This document shows, piece by piece, positions 50,290 through 61,219 of a DNA stretch of 64,000 bases. Positions within the stretch are counted from its first letter, which is position 1; each line of letters begins with the position of its first letter. The stretch covers positions 199,445,864 to 199,509,863 of the forward strand of contig NC_090375.1 of assembly GCF_036365525.1 (NCBI RefSeq), given 5' to 3'. This stretch comes from Heterodontus francisci (lineage: Eukaryota). The position numbers and the translations under genes were made by a program. The notes beneath the pieces are model-generated. The model made no database searches. It had not been told where the DNA came from and was given only the letters and a program-made list of their open reading frames with translations.

Positions 50290-50470
50290 GATAGTGCTGG
50301 AAACACTCAGCGGGTCAGGCAGCATCTGTGGAGAGAGAAAGAGTTAACGGTTCGGGTCAGTGACCCTTTCATCAGAACTCCACAGATTCTGCCCGACTTG
50401 CTGAATATTTCCAGCACTTTCTATTTTTATTTTAGAGTTCCAGCATCTGCAATATTTTGCTTTTATTATA
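50290..50470. mobile_element. Palindromic Penelope-terminus-derived element with hammerhead-like motif (50341-50380, minus strand)
   Basis: Inverted arms; minus strand reads GAGTT-CTGATGA-AA-GGGTC ACT GACCC-GAAC-CGTT-AACTC. Confidence 0.75.
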
Positions 50471-50479
50471 GTGAGCTTT

Positions 50480-50815
50480 ATGGGTATAGAGGACAAAAGC
50501 AAGGGGTTATATTAAACTTGTATAGAGTCCAGCCTCAACTAGAGTATTGTGTCCAGTTTTGGGCACAGCACCTTAGGAAAGATGTGACGGTATTGAAGAG
50601 AGTACAGAAAAGGTCACAAAAATGGTTCCAGGGATGAGGAACTTCAGTTACGTGGATAGATTTGAGAAGTTGGGACTGTTTTCCTTGGAGAAGAGAAGGT
50701 TGAAAGGAGATTTGATAGAGGTATTCAAAATCATGAGGGGACTGGGCAGAGTAGATAGGGAGAAACTGTGTCCATTGGCGGAGGGATCAAAAACCAGAGA
50801 GCACAACTTTAAGGT
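50480..50815 (+). mobile_element. CR1 LINE RT C-terminal fragment
   Basis: LEYCVQFWAQHLRKD and LGLFSLEKRRLKGDLIEVFK. Confidence 0.85.
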
Positions 50816-50834
50816 ACACACACAAACAAACGTA

Positions 50835-53800
50835 CATAGAACATACAACTACGATCAGGAGTAGGCCATTCAGCCCCTCGATCCTTCTCCATCATTCCAT
50901 AAGATCACAGCTGATCAGTTTGTGGAGTCAACTCCACTTTCCTGCTTACCCCAATAACCTTTGACTCCCTTGTTTGTCAAAATCTGTCTACCTCTGCCTT
51001 AAAAACATTCAATGACTCTGCTTCCACCGCTCTCCAAGCAAGAGAGTTCCACAGACTCACGACCCTCTGAAAGAGAAACATTTCTCCTCATCTCTGTCCT
51101 ACATGGGAGACCCCTTATTTTTAAACTGTGCCCCCGAGTTTTAGTCTCTCCCACAAGGGGAAACATCCTTTCCACATCCACCCTGTTACGTCCCCTCAGG
51201 ATCTTATATCTTTCAATAAGATCACCTCTCATCCTTCTAACCCCCAATGAATGCAGGCCCAACCTGTCCAACCTGTCCTAAGACAACCCTCGCATCCCAG
51301 GAATCAGTTGAGTGAATTTTCTCTGAACTGCTTCCAATGCAATTATATTCTTTCCTAAATAAGGGGAGTAGAACTGTATACAATACTCTAGATGTGGTCT
51401 CACCTATGCCCTGTACAATTGTAGCAAAACATCTCTACATTTATATTCCATTCCCCTTGCAATAAACGAAGCATTGCATTTTCCTTCTTAATCACTTGCT
51501 GAACCTGTATACTAACTTTTGTGGTTCGTGTACTAGGACACCCAGATCTCCCTGCATCGCAGAGTTCTGCAATCTCTCTCCATTTAACTAAGATGTTGTT
51601 TTTCTATTCTTCTGGGCAAAGTGGGCAAGTTCACACTTTCCCACATGATACTCCATCTACCAAATCTTTGCCCACTCACTTAACTTATCAATATCCTTTT
51701 GCAGACTCCTTATGTCCTCTTCACAACTTACTCTCCTACCTATCTTTGTGTCATCAGCAAATGTAGCAACCTTACATTCTGTCCCTTCATCTAATTCATT
51801 GATCTAGTTTGTAAATAGTTGAGACCCCAGCACTGATCCCTGTGGCACTCCACTAGTTACAGCCTGCCAACTCTAAAATGACCCATTTATGCCTACTCTC
51901 TGTTTCCTGTTAGCTAACCAATCCTCTATCCATGCTAATATGTTACCCCCTACACCATGGGCTCTTATTTTGTTTTGCAACCTTTGATGCGGCACCTGTC
52001 AAATGCCTTCTGGAAATGCAAGTACACCGCATCCACAGGGTCTCCTTTATCAATGTTGCTTGTTACTTCTTCAAAGAGCTCTAATAAATTAGTCAAACAT
52101 GATTTCCCTTTCACAAAACCATGTTGACTCTGCCTGATTGCATTGAGATTTTCTAATTGCCCTGCTATAACCACCTTAATAATAGATTCCAGCATTTTCC
52201 CTGTGACAGATGATTTGCTAACTTGCCTGTAGTTTCCTGTTCTCTGTCTTCCTCCTTTCATGAATAACGGAGTGACATTCACTATTTTCCAAGCAGATGG
52301 GGCCTTTCCAGAATCTGAGGAATTTTGGAAAATTTAAAAAAAAATGTATTCACTAGCTCAGCAGCTACTTCTTTTAAGACCCGAGGATGAAGTCTATCAG
52401 GACCTGGGACTTGTCAGCTTTAATTCTAATAATTTTTCTCCATACCCTTTCCCTGGTGATATCATTGTTTTAAGTTCCTCCCTCTCTTTCAACTCTTGAA
52501 TCGCAATTATTTCTGATGGGATGTTATTTGTGTCCTCTACAGTGAAGACAGATACAAAAAATCTGTTCAGTTCCTCTGCCATTTCCTTATTTTCCATTAT
52601 TAATTCCCCAGACTCACTTTCTAGAGGACCAACACTTATTTTACCTACTCTTTTCCTTTTTAAATACCTGTAGAAACTCTTACTATCAATTTTTATATTT
52701 CTAGCTAGCTTTCTCTCATACTCTAATTTCTCTCATTATTATTTTAGTCATTCTTTGCCTTTTTTAATATTCTATCCAGTCTTCCTACCTGCCACTACTC
52801 TTCACTGAATTGTATGCTTTTTCTTTCAATTTGATCCTATCTTTAAATTTCTTAGTTAGCCATGGATGGTGCATCCTTCCCCTAGAGTCCTTTTTCTCAC
52901 TGCAATGTATCTTTGCTGAGTGTTATGACAAATCTCCTTAAATGCCTTCCACTGCATCTCTACTGACCTATCCTTTAATCTACTTTACCAATTTAGCTAG
53001 CTCTGTCTTCAAGCCCTCATAATTACCCTTATTTAAGTTTAAAATGCTAGTCTTAGAACCACTCTTCTCACTCACAAACTGAACACGAAATTCACTCATG
53101 CTGTGATCACTGCTACCTAATGGCATCTTTACTATGAGGTTATTAATTCACCCTGTCTCATCACACATTACCAGATCTAGAATAGCCTGCTCTCTGGTTG
53201 GTCTAGAATGTGCTGCTGTAAGGAACTGTCCCAAAAACACTCCATGAACTCATCTTCCAGGCTACCTTTGCCAATCTGATTCATCCAATCTATCTGTAAA
53301 TTAAATTCACCCATGATTATTGCCGTACCTTTCTCACAAGCCCCCCATTATTTTCTTTCTTTATACCCCATCCTACAATGTGGTTACAATTAGGGAACCT
53401 ATAAACTATTCCCACAAGTGACTTCCTATTTTTACTATTTTTTATCTTTACTGAAATTGATTTTACATCTTGATTTTTAGAACGAAGGTAAGTTCTTTCT
53501 ATTGTAATAATGCCATCCTTAATTAACAGAGTTACCCCCTCCACATTTTCCTAGTTTCCTGTCCTTTCAAAATGTCATGTACTCTTGAATATTCAGGTCC
53601 CAGCCTTTGTCATCTTGCAGCCATATCTCTGTAATGGCTATCAGATCATACATATTTATTTCTATTTAAGCTTATCAATTCATTTGTCATGTTGTGAATG
53701 CTATGTGCATTCAAATACAGAGCCTTTCGTTCTGTCTTTTTATTATTTATGCAACCTCTAGCCTTAGCTACTTTCGCACTCTTAATATTGTGCATTCTGT

Positions 53801-54740
53801 CCCTTCCTGCCACGCTCTGATTATTATTTTCCTTATTGCTACCCTGCTCTCTGGCCTTGCCCTCTCTCTTTAATTTAACATATTTTCTCTCACTGTATCC
53901 CTCGCCCTCCCAATATTTAGTTTAAATCCCTCTCTACCACTCTAGTTATATGATTCACCAGAACCCTGGTCCCAGCATGGTTCAGGTGAAGACCATCCCA
54001 AAGTCCCACTTTCCCTAATACTGGAGCCAGTGCCCAATGAATCGAAACCCATTTCTCCAACACCAATCTTTGAGCCACACATTTAACTCTCTAATCTTTT
54101 TTACTGGACACAAATTCGCTAGTGGCTCAGGTAATAATCCAGAGATTATTACCTTTGAGTTTCTTCTTTTTATTTAGCTCCTAGCTGCTCATACTCCCTA
54201 TGCAGAACCTCTGTTCTAGTCCTATCTACGTCGTTGGTATCCACGTGGTCCACAACAACTGGATCCTCCCCCTCCCACTGCAAGTTCCTCTCCAGCCCAG
54301 AACAGATGTCCCAAACCCTGGCATCAGGCAGGCAACATAGCCTTCTGGACTCTCGCTCTTGGCCGCAGAGAACTGTGTTTATCCCTCTGACTATATTATC
54401 TCCTACTACCACTACATTTCTGTTTACTCTCTGTGCTTGAATGGCTTCCTGTACCACAGTGCCATGGTCAGTTTGCTCATCCGCCCTGCAGCCCCTGCTC
54501 TCAAGCTGAAAGAACCTCAAATCTGTTGGACAATTGCAAGGGCTGAGACTCCTCCACTTCTGCCTTCCCGATCCCATTCCTGCCTCACTCACAGTCACAC
54601 CCTCCTGTCCCTGACCACTGACCAAATCAGACGACCCTATACTAAGGGCTGTGATTGCCTTCTGGAACAAAGTGTCAAGGTAACTTACCCCAACCCTGAT
54701 GCATGGCAGTGTCTGTAGTTCGGCCTCCAGCTCACTGGCG
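50835..54740 (-). mobile_element. Near full-length degraded CR1 LINE (ORF1 SGNH esterase + ORF2) in TRGC intron 2
   Basis: ORF1 VVVVGDNIVRG..LCCLPDARV..VVVDHVDTND (54170-54670), endonuclease GIVYRFPN (53317), RT QHGFVKGKSCLTNLLE..FQKAFD (51965-52282), 3' end (50999-51271). Confidence 0.9.
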
Positions 54741-54744
54741 CTGG

Positions 54745-55985
54745 AGCCATTGTTGTTCAGTATTTACATAAATAATTTGGACTGTGGAATTGGAAGAACA
54801 ATTTCAAAATTTGCATACACCAAATTAGTGAGAATATAGTTAGTACAGAAGAGGACTGTAAATTACAGGAAGACATTAATAAACTTGCAGAACGAGCATG
54901 TATTTGGCAAATAAACTTCCATATAGATAATTGTGAGGTGTTACATTTTGGTAGGAAGAATAAGGCGACTACATAATCCTTGGAAGTAGGTGTCTAAATG
55001 GGGTAAAGGAACATAATGGTCTGGGGGTACAGATACAAAACCACTAAAAGCATGGACACAGGTTAATTAGGCCATAAAAAGCAAAGCACCGGGTTTCTTT
55101 TCTGGAGGGCTATAAGTGAATAGGAAAGAAGTTATGGTAAACTTGTATAGAAACTTGATTAGACCACACTTGGAGTACTGTGCATATTTCTGGTCTCCAA
55201 ATTATAAAAAGAGAAGCAAAAATGATCTACTAGGATGATACCAGAACTGAGAGGTTATACCTATCAGAGAAGATTGAACAGACTAGAGAACTTTGCTCTA
55301 GAAAAGAGAAGGCTGAGGAATGACGTGATACAGGTCTTTAAGATTATGAAGGGAATTGATCGGTAGACGCAGAGAAGATGTTTCCACTTGCAGGGAATGA
55401 GGGGTAGGCTATTTAAGACTGAGATGAGGAGGAATTTCTTCACTCAGAGGGTGATGAATCTTTGAAATTCTGTACTCCAGAGGGCTGTGGAAGATCAATC
55501 ATTGAGCATATTCAAGCCAGACATCGATAGATTTCTGGATACTAATGACATCAAGGGATATGGAGCTAACGCGGGAAAGTGGTGTTGAGGTAGATGTTCA
55601 GCCATGATCTAATTGAATGGCAGAGCAGGCTCGATGGGCAGAATGGTCTAGTCCTGCTTCTGTGTTCCTGTTGGAAGAGCAAAATTAAAGATCATAAATT
55701 TAAGATAGTCACTAATAAATCCTATAGGGAATTCAAGAGAAAATTCTTTACCCAGACAGTGGTTAGAATGTAAAATTCATTTCCACAAGGAGTAGTTGAG
55801 GCGACTAGCATAGATACAGCTCAAGGGAATCTAGATACACACATGAGGAATAAATGAATAAAAGGACATGTTGATGGGATGAGATGAAGAGGAGTGGGAG
55901 GAGGCTCATGTCGAGCACAAATACCGACATGGATCTCTTGGACTGAATAGTCTGTTTCTGTGATGTAAGTAATATGTAAGTACTT
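54745..55985 (+). mobile_element. Degraded CR1 LINE 3' portion with a nested CR1 tail
   Basis: Nucleotide remnants of SKFA.DTK, LEYC..FWSP and LEKRRLR, and two CR1 3' tails. Confidence 0.75.
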
Positions 55986-56577
55986 AGAAACCTCAGCACC
56001 ATCTTGGGGAGCTCGGAATGGGCAATAACCCAACAATGCTTCTACTCATTGCATCTGTGACGAGAAAAGGCAGGTTAATGTTTGAGATCAAACTGGGCTG
56101 CCTCCCAACATAAATCGATTTTCCTCTTTACAGGTGAGAATCACCTGCTGTGCAATTCCATATTTTATGTTTTATTCCTTTTTATGCGAGTTTGTTCCCT
56201 CCCTTGAAGTAAACTAGAAAAGCTGGACAGGATCATTAGTTCAGGAATTCTAAAGTAGTTTGTCCCCAGGATTTCAAAATTGAAATGCTAAGAAGGCCAC
56301 TTATGAACTAATAGTCCGTCTTAAATATAGGGTTACTGACAAACCGGTGTTAATTACAATTACAGACAGTGGAGTGTTAACATGATTACTATCGGAACTT
56401 TGTGAAATCTTTCCGATTCATGTTTTGCACCAGGGTTGTTTTACAAGCGGTGTTTGTTTGCACCATTGCTTTCTCGAATGACCCTTTTTCCCACTCAGCA
56501 TATCCCCAATATTTACAAGCCGCAATGCGCGTTAATGACGAGAAGCTGATGTCTTTGTGTTTCTTCCTTTTTCCCAG

Positions 56578-56711
56578 TGCCGTCTTTGAGTTCGCTCCAT
56601 GTGACTACCTTTACATACACACTGCTGTTGCTGAAGAGTGTGCTCTACTGCGGGATTATCTCATTCATCGTTTACAAAGTGGAGTACCGTGACGTGAAGA
56701 AGCCAACTTAA
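56578..56711 (+). CDS. TRGC: TCR gamma constant region exon 3 (transmembrane + cytoplasmic tail)
   Basis: Acceptor TTTTTCCCAG|TG; (V)PSLSSLHVTTFTYTLLLLKSVLYCGIISFIVYKVEYRDVKKPT*. The YxLLLLKSVxY motif with the CD3-binding Lys matches TRG; stop TAA at 56709-56711. Confidence 0.95.
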
Positions 56712-56719
56712 CGGGTATC

Positions 56720-56725
56720 AATAAA
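56720..56725 (+). terminator. Proximal candidate polyadenylation signal
   Basis: AATAAA 8 nt after the stop, followed by T-rich sequence. Confidence 0.45.
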
Positions 56726-57112
56726 CCCATGTTTAATATTTTTTGTAACGGATCTCTATTTGGCGTAAACCTTTTGGTCCGTTTTGCTGTTTATATTGAG
56801 AGATTATATTTTGTGTTGTCCGTTTGCCGAGAACTGACAACTGCTGTGTAAACATGTCCGGGGAGGATTTTATTTCCAGGCTTGTGTTTGTGGAGAATGA
56901 TCAGAGCTGAAGTGTACCTTCAGATGATTAACTCTCGTATTCATCAAATATATGTGATATTTTTGTAGAGGGCTCTGTTGATTTTTAAGCGGGTTTGTTA
57001 CTATCCATTCCAATGGTGTGCTTTGTGAAACATTTTCTACAGTTAAATTGCTGTCTTTGTTATATTTCTTTTGTTATTTCTTTTACATTTATCGTTCTGC
57101 AAATCTGACAAT

Positions 57113-57118
57113 AATAAA
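57113..57118 (+). terminator. Distal candidate polyadenylation signal of TRGC
   Basis: AATAAA followed by a GT/T-rich downstream element (about 57145-57165). Confidence 0.65.
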
Positions 57119-57899
57119 AATATCTTTCAATCTCATTTGATATAGTTTTGTGCTTTTCTGTCTGCGGGGCAATGAGTGCCCATTTGTTTATGGATCTCTG
57201 AAAGACCGCGGTTTAAAAAGTGAAACAAAACCAACAGGCTCACAATGTTCTACCCAGTCTCAGCTCACTCAACCTAAACCATTAAAATCTAATGTTAAGA
57301 AAATCATATCTGAGATTTTATCCGATGTGGTTACTGAAGTGTAGTGGCCAAGCTACTCGCCTAGTAATCCAGAGACCTAGACTAAGAATCGAGGAATACA
57401 AAAAAAGGCAATAAAATCAATAAAAAGTGAGCGTGAAGCTGTGAGATTGTTGTAAAAACGCAACCGTTTCATTAATGTCTCTTCAGGGAAGTAAACCTGC
57501 TGTGCTTACCCGTTCTGGGCCTACATGTGAGTCTAGTCCCACACCAACCTGGCTGACTCTTAACTGCCTCCTGGAAGTGGGTCCAGGAATTCTATCAAAA
57601 CACTTCTCGCGGTTCAAGAAGGTCCACCACCGTCTCCTCGGTGCAACTAGGGACGGGCAATAAATGCCGGCTTTGCCAGCGATGCCCATTTGAAATGAAT
57701 CATATTGTATCTGTAGACCCAATTTACACACAATAAGCCCCAGGTGAGGAGCCAGATAATCGGCTTCTGGTGTTTCAGGAAGCAGTGTCGGCCAGGATAC
57801 CTGAAGAACTGCCTGCTCTTCAAATAGTGTTCTGGGATTTTTAAACCCAGCTGAGAGGACAACTGGGGCCTCGGCTGAAAATCTCATCCTAAAAAAGGA

Positions 57900-58095
57900 T
57901 CTCCAACAGTGCAGCACTCCTTCAGTACTGACCCTCCGACAGTGCAGCGCCTCCTCAGTACTGACCCTCCAACAGTGCAGCACTCCCTCATATACTGCCC
58001 CTCAGACAGTGCAGCATTCCCTTATGTACTGTCCCTCAGCGTGGCACTCCCTCAGTATTGACCCTCCGACAGTGCAGCACTCCCTCATGTACTGG
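57900..58095 (+). repeat. About 32-bp minisatellite (about 6 copies) amplified from a Deu-SINE core
   Basis: Repeats of ctcc(g/a)acagtgcagcactccctcagtactgacc. Confidence 0.88.
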
Positions 58096-61000
58096 AGTAT
58101 CAGCCTGACTTCGAGTTGAGGGGCACTGCGCAAACTTGACTCTCATTAAAATATCAGTCATTAGTTCCTAAATAACGACTGTTTTAAGTGACTAAGTATT
58201 CGTTGGGTGCTCTCTTTAGCCGAGAATGTTGGGGTACAGAGTTGGTATAAAATTGCTGACAAGATTCAGAGCACTGATACACTGCCTTAATCACTGATAC
58301 AGTGCCTTAATTCTGAATTGATAATGTTTTATTTAAGATGATTTCTAGTTAGTTTTTTGAAGCGAGTAAACACCACACTTGTTGCAACACGGCATCAGTT
58401 ACACAATCTGCATAAGCACATCTTAGTTTAACTGTGTTTAGTTTTATTTCAGAGATTATTTCATGATGCAAAGTGCAATACATAATCTGGAAGTGTGCAA
58501 TGTTCTAATGCTATTTCGCCAGTTCCTTAATCCCATTGGATTTTGCCCTGCAGTGTTGACAAATTCCTCCCTTGAAGCGTATAGTCAGAAGCATGGGTGG
58601 GTGGGAATGTTCAATCCGGCTGCCCTCTCCGCGGTTTAGTTCGGGATCCGGGAGGAAAAGCCCCTCCCACCCCTGAGCCTAAGGCTTTCCGGGACAGTGG
58701 GTGTGCAGTCTTCACAGAAAATAACGTCTGATTCAATTCGGCAAGTTTCCCTTGTCTGTTGAGGCGGGTGTTTATTAGTTGTGCCCCGCTCTCTGTTACT
58801 CCTGGTATCCCCGTATTGTTTCAATCCAAACAGACATTCACATCAAGTTAAAACAAGTGTTTTGAGTTGATTTTGAGACCATTCAGTTTAATTGACACTC
58901 AGCTGTAGTTAATGTAAACTTTGAGCGGTTCAATTACCCCGGTTCAGGCAAGTAAATTTTTCACAATCCCTTGCAGCTCTGCGGAGGGTTGAAGGTCATT
59001 ATCCCGTGGTGACCGGTTCGATACCGGAGTCACGCTGGTTTTCAGTGGATTGTCAAAATATAGTAACATTCTAAACTCGGACCCATTTATTTGTCTACGG
59101 TAATTTAGTTATGATCTCCATGTGAAGGGACATCCGTCAGAAATTGACAGTTATTTTGCCGCAAATGCGACTTATTCTTTCAAACAAACGGGGTGATGTA
59201 CCCACCGGGAAAAGTATACTAGAGTGACGAGGGGGAGAGACCCCCGACTGCTTTCTTGTAACTGATGTAATTCGGATCCTTTCTGGCCCGTGTTTCTCTG
59301 GTAAAGCCTGTCACTAATTCACTGGTTTTCTGTATGTGATATTCTGCACTGTTTCCAGCTTCGTTTTGTTCATTTTACAAAAGGACACACACTTTCCTCA
59401 CAATTACTGGGATTTTCCCCATGAATATTAGTGATTTATTCCGGTTTTGTACGTTTCAATTTTTTCCATCTTTTTTTAAGCGGTTGAGTTTTGGACACAG
59501 TATTAATCCAGGATATATCTGGACGATGAGCGTTAGTTATTCTCGTATTACGAAACATTGAAAAAATCAGCCAGGTTCATCCATAGGAATGTTTGGGTTT
59601 CATGGTTAAAAGGATAAATTTAGGACGAAACAATGATGACTTCTGCAGCAAAAGATCTAGAAATAAAATTCGGTAAAGTTGCCCTTAGATTGTGATTTAA
59701 AAAGTTATTTATTTAAACATGCACAACTTTTATAATATTTACTATACCCCATGTGCACCTTAACAACGGGATTCAAATTAATGTTTTTATTTGTTAATAG
59801 TTTCAGCAGAGTTTGACAGTGGCAGGTGCAGCTTCGACTTTCAACAGACTGGACCTGTTTTATTATATTTTGCCGTTCTTTTTATGGCCGAAGATTCTAC
59901 ACAAAAAAGTTTAAAGAGACGTGGTTAGAGAGATTAAATTCGTTAGTTAACACAAGTAGCTTCAGTCTCGGTACATAACAAATCGCCATGAATATTTAAA
60001 TAAAGTTCATGATTAAATCGGCTGACCCTTAGCCGATGTTAACTCAGACCCGACTCTGTGTGGTGGGGTTAACACTGCGGTGTGTAGAGGGGATCATGTT
60101 TATTTAACTCGCCAGGCGGAGGTGATAACACCCGGGCGCGATATTACTCTCCACTGACTCCAGCGTTGTGCCCGTTACCAGCGGGGGTGGGCGAGGTAAA
60201 ATTCTACTTTAAATGTCTGGAATGCCGGTGCCTGACTGTTAATTGTACTGACTTTTCAAAGATCTCAATCACGCGTTAGTCCATAGCCTTGTGATTTTTT
60301 TTACAATTTATAAATCATTTCGAAATTCACAAATGTCCGATATGGACCAGGTTGGAACCTAGGCTCTGTCGGCTTGTTCAGCATCTCCCCGAACCTCATT
60401 CCTGCGGTTCGGTAAGTGACTTAAAGGGTTGCTTAGTTCAAAGTAAAGTCTGAAGTTCCTTCCCCACAAAACTCAGGAACTAACGAGCAAACTCCCGGTC
60501 ACATTAACGACATATTTTCAACACCTGGAGCTTCGGGAGGGGTTTTAAACTGAAGTAACCCCAAGATCCAGAACAGGAACGCGAGTGTTTCCCACCTCTC
60601 TCAGAATAAGCGAACGGCGCTTGTCTGGGTTGGAAGTTGAAATATTTTTAATTCACTTTATAACACATTCGTTTGTGTTAAAAATGCAAATGATTCAAAC
60701 TCTAAAAAAGAACCGAGCAGGCTGGAAGTTGTTTGTAGAGTGAGGAAGGATTACCGCTCGTTATTCTACCATCCTCTCTTCCTATTGTGGTCTATTTAAT
60801 AACCTTTCCCTCCTCTCTAAATACAATCATTTTATTAATCGGGATTTAAGCAGAAATGATCGGATTTATTAACGGGGACAAATGGACGAAGTGAAACGCG
60901 GCAAAAAGTGAAATAATTACTTTAATCTATAAAACCAGTCATCACAAGGAAAACTCCCCGCAAAATAAACATTATATCGATGAGTTTTTACCGAGTTACT

Positions 61001-61219
61001 GATAGGAATTAATTTATTAATAAACTTTACTGAATGCCGAATTATCCCGCTGCTAAAAGCGGCCGTTGAGGTTCTCATTACAACAAGCGTCACGGAAAAT
61101 GTGGTTATTTATTTATTGCGCTATGAGCAATGAGCTGAGAACTGCTGTTAAAACCACACAGGAGCGTGTTCAGGGGCCGAGGTTAACATTGTTACAGTGA
61201 GGGGTGTGCGAACTTGCGA

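Noticed and set aside
54170-54670. Host SGNH esterase gene nested antisense in the TRGC intron
   Set aside because: It is CR1 ORF1, contiguous with decayed ORF2, and the catalytic GDS is mutated to GDN.
56115-56140. Acceptor immediately followed by a donor (tttacag|GTGAGA), suggesting a recursive splice site or micro-exon in the TRGC intron
   Set aside because: It lies in a decayed copy of the Penelope-terminus hairpin repeat; exon 2 and exon 3 already join in frame.
9814-56711. Immunoglobulin light chain (lambda-like 23/12 RSS) or TCR alpha/beta locus
   Set aside because: A connecting-peptide exon and a TM exon with LLLLKSVLY exclude IgL. No D segments argues against TRB/TRD. IHWY, YYCAxW and WIKIF motifs and the small J number fit TRG.
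57900-58095. CRISPR-like array
   Set aside because: Head-to-tail minisatellite without unique spacers, derived from a SINE core in a vertebrate genome.
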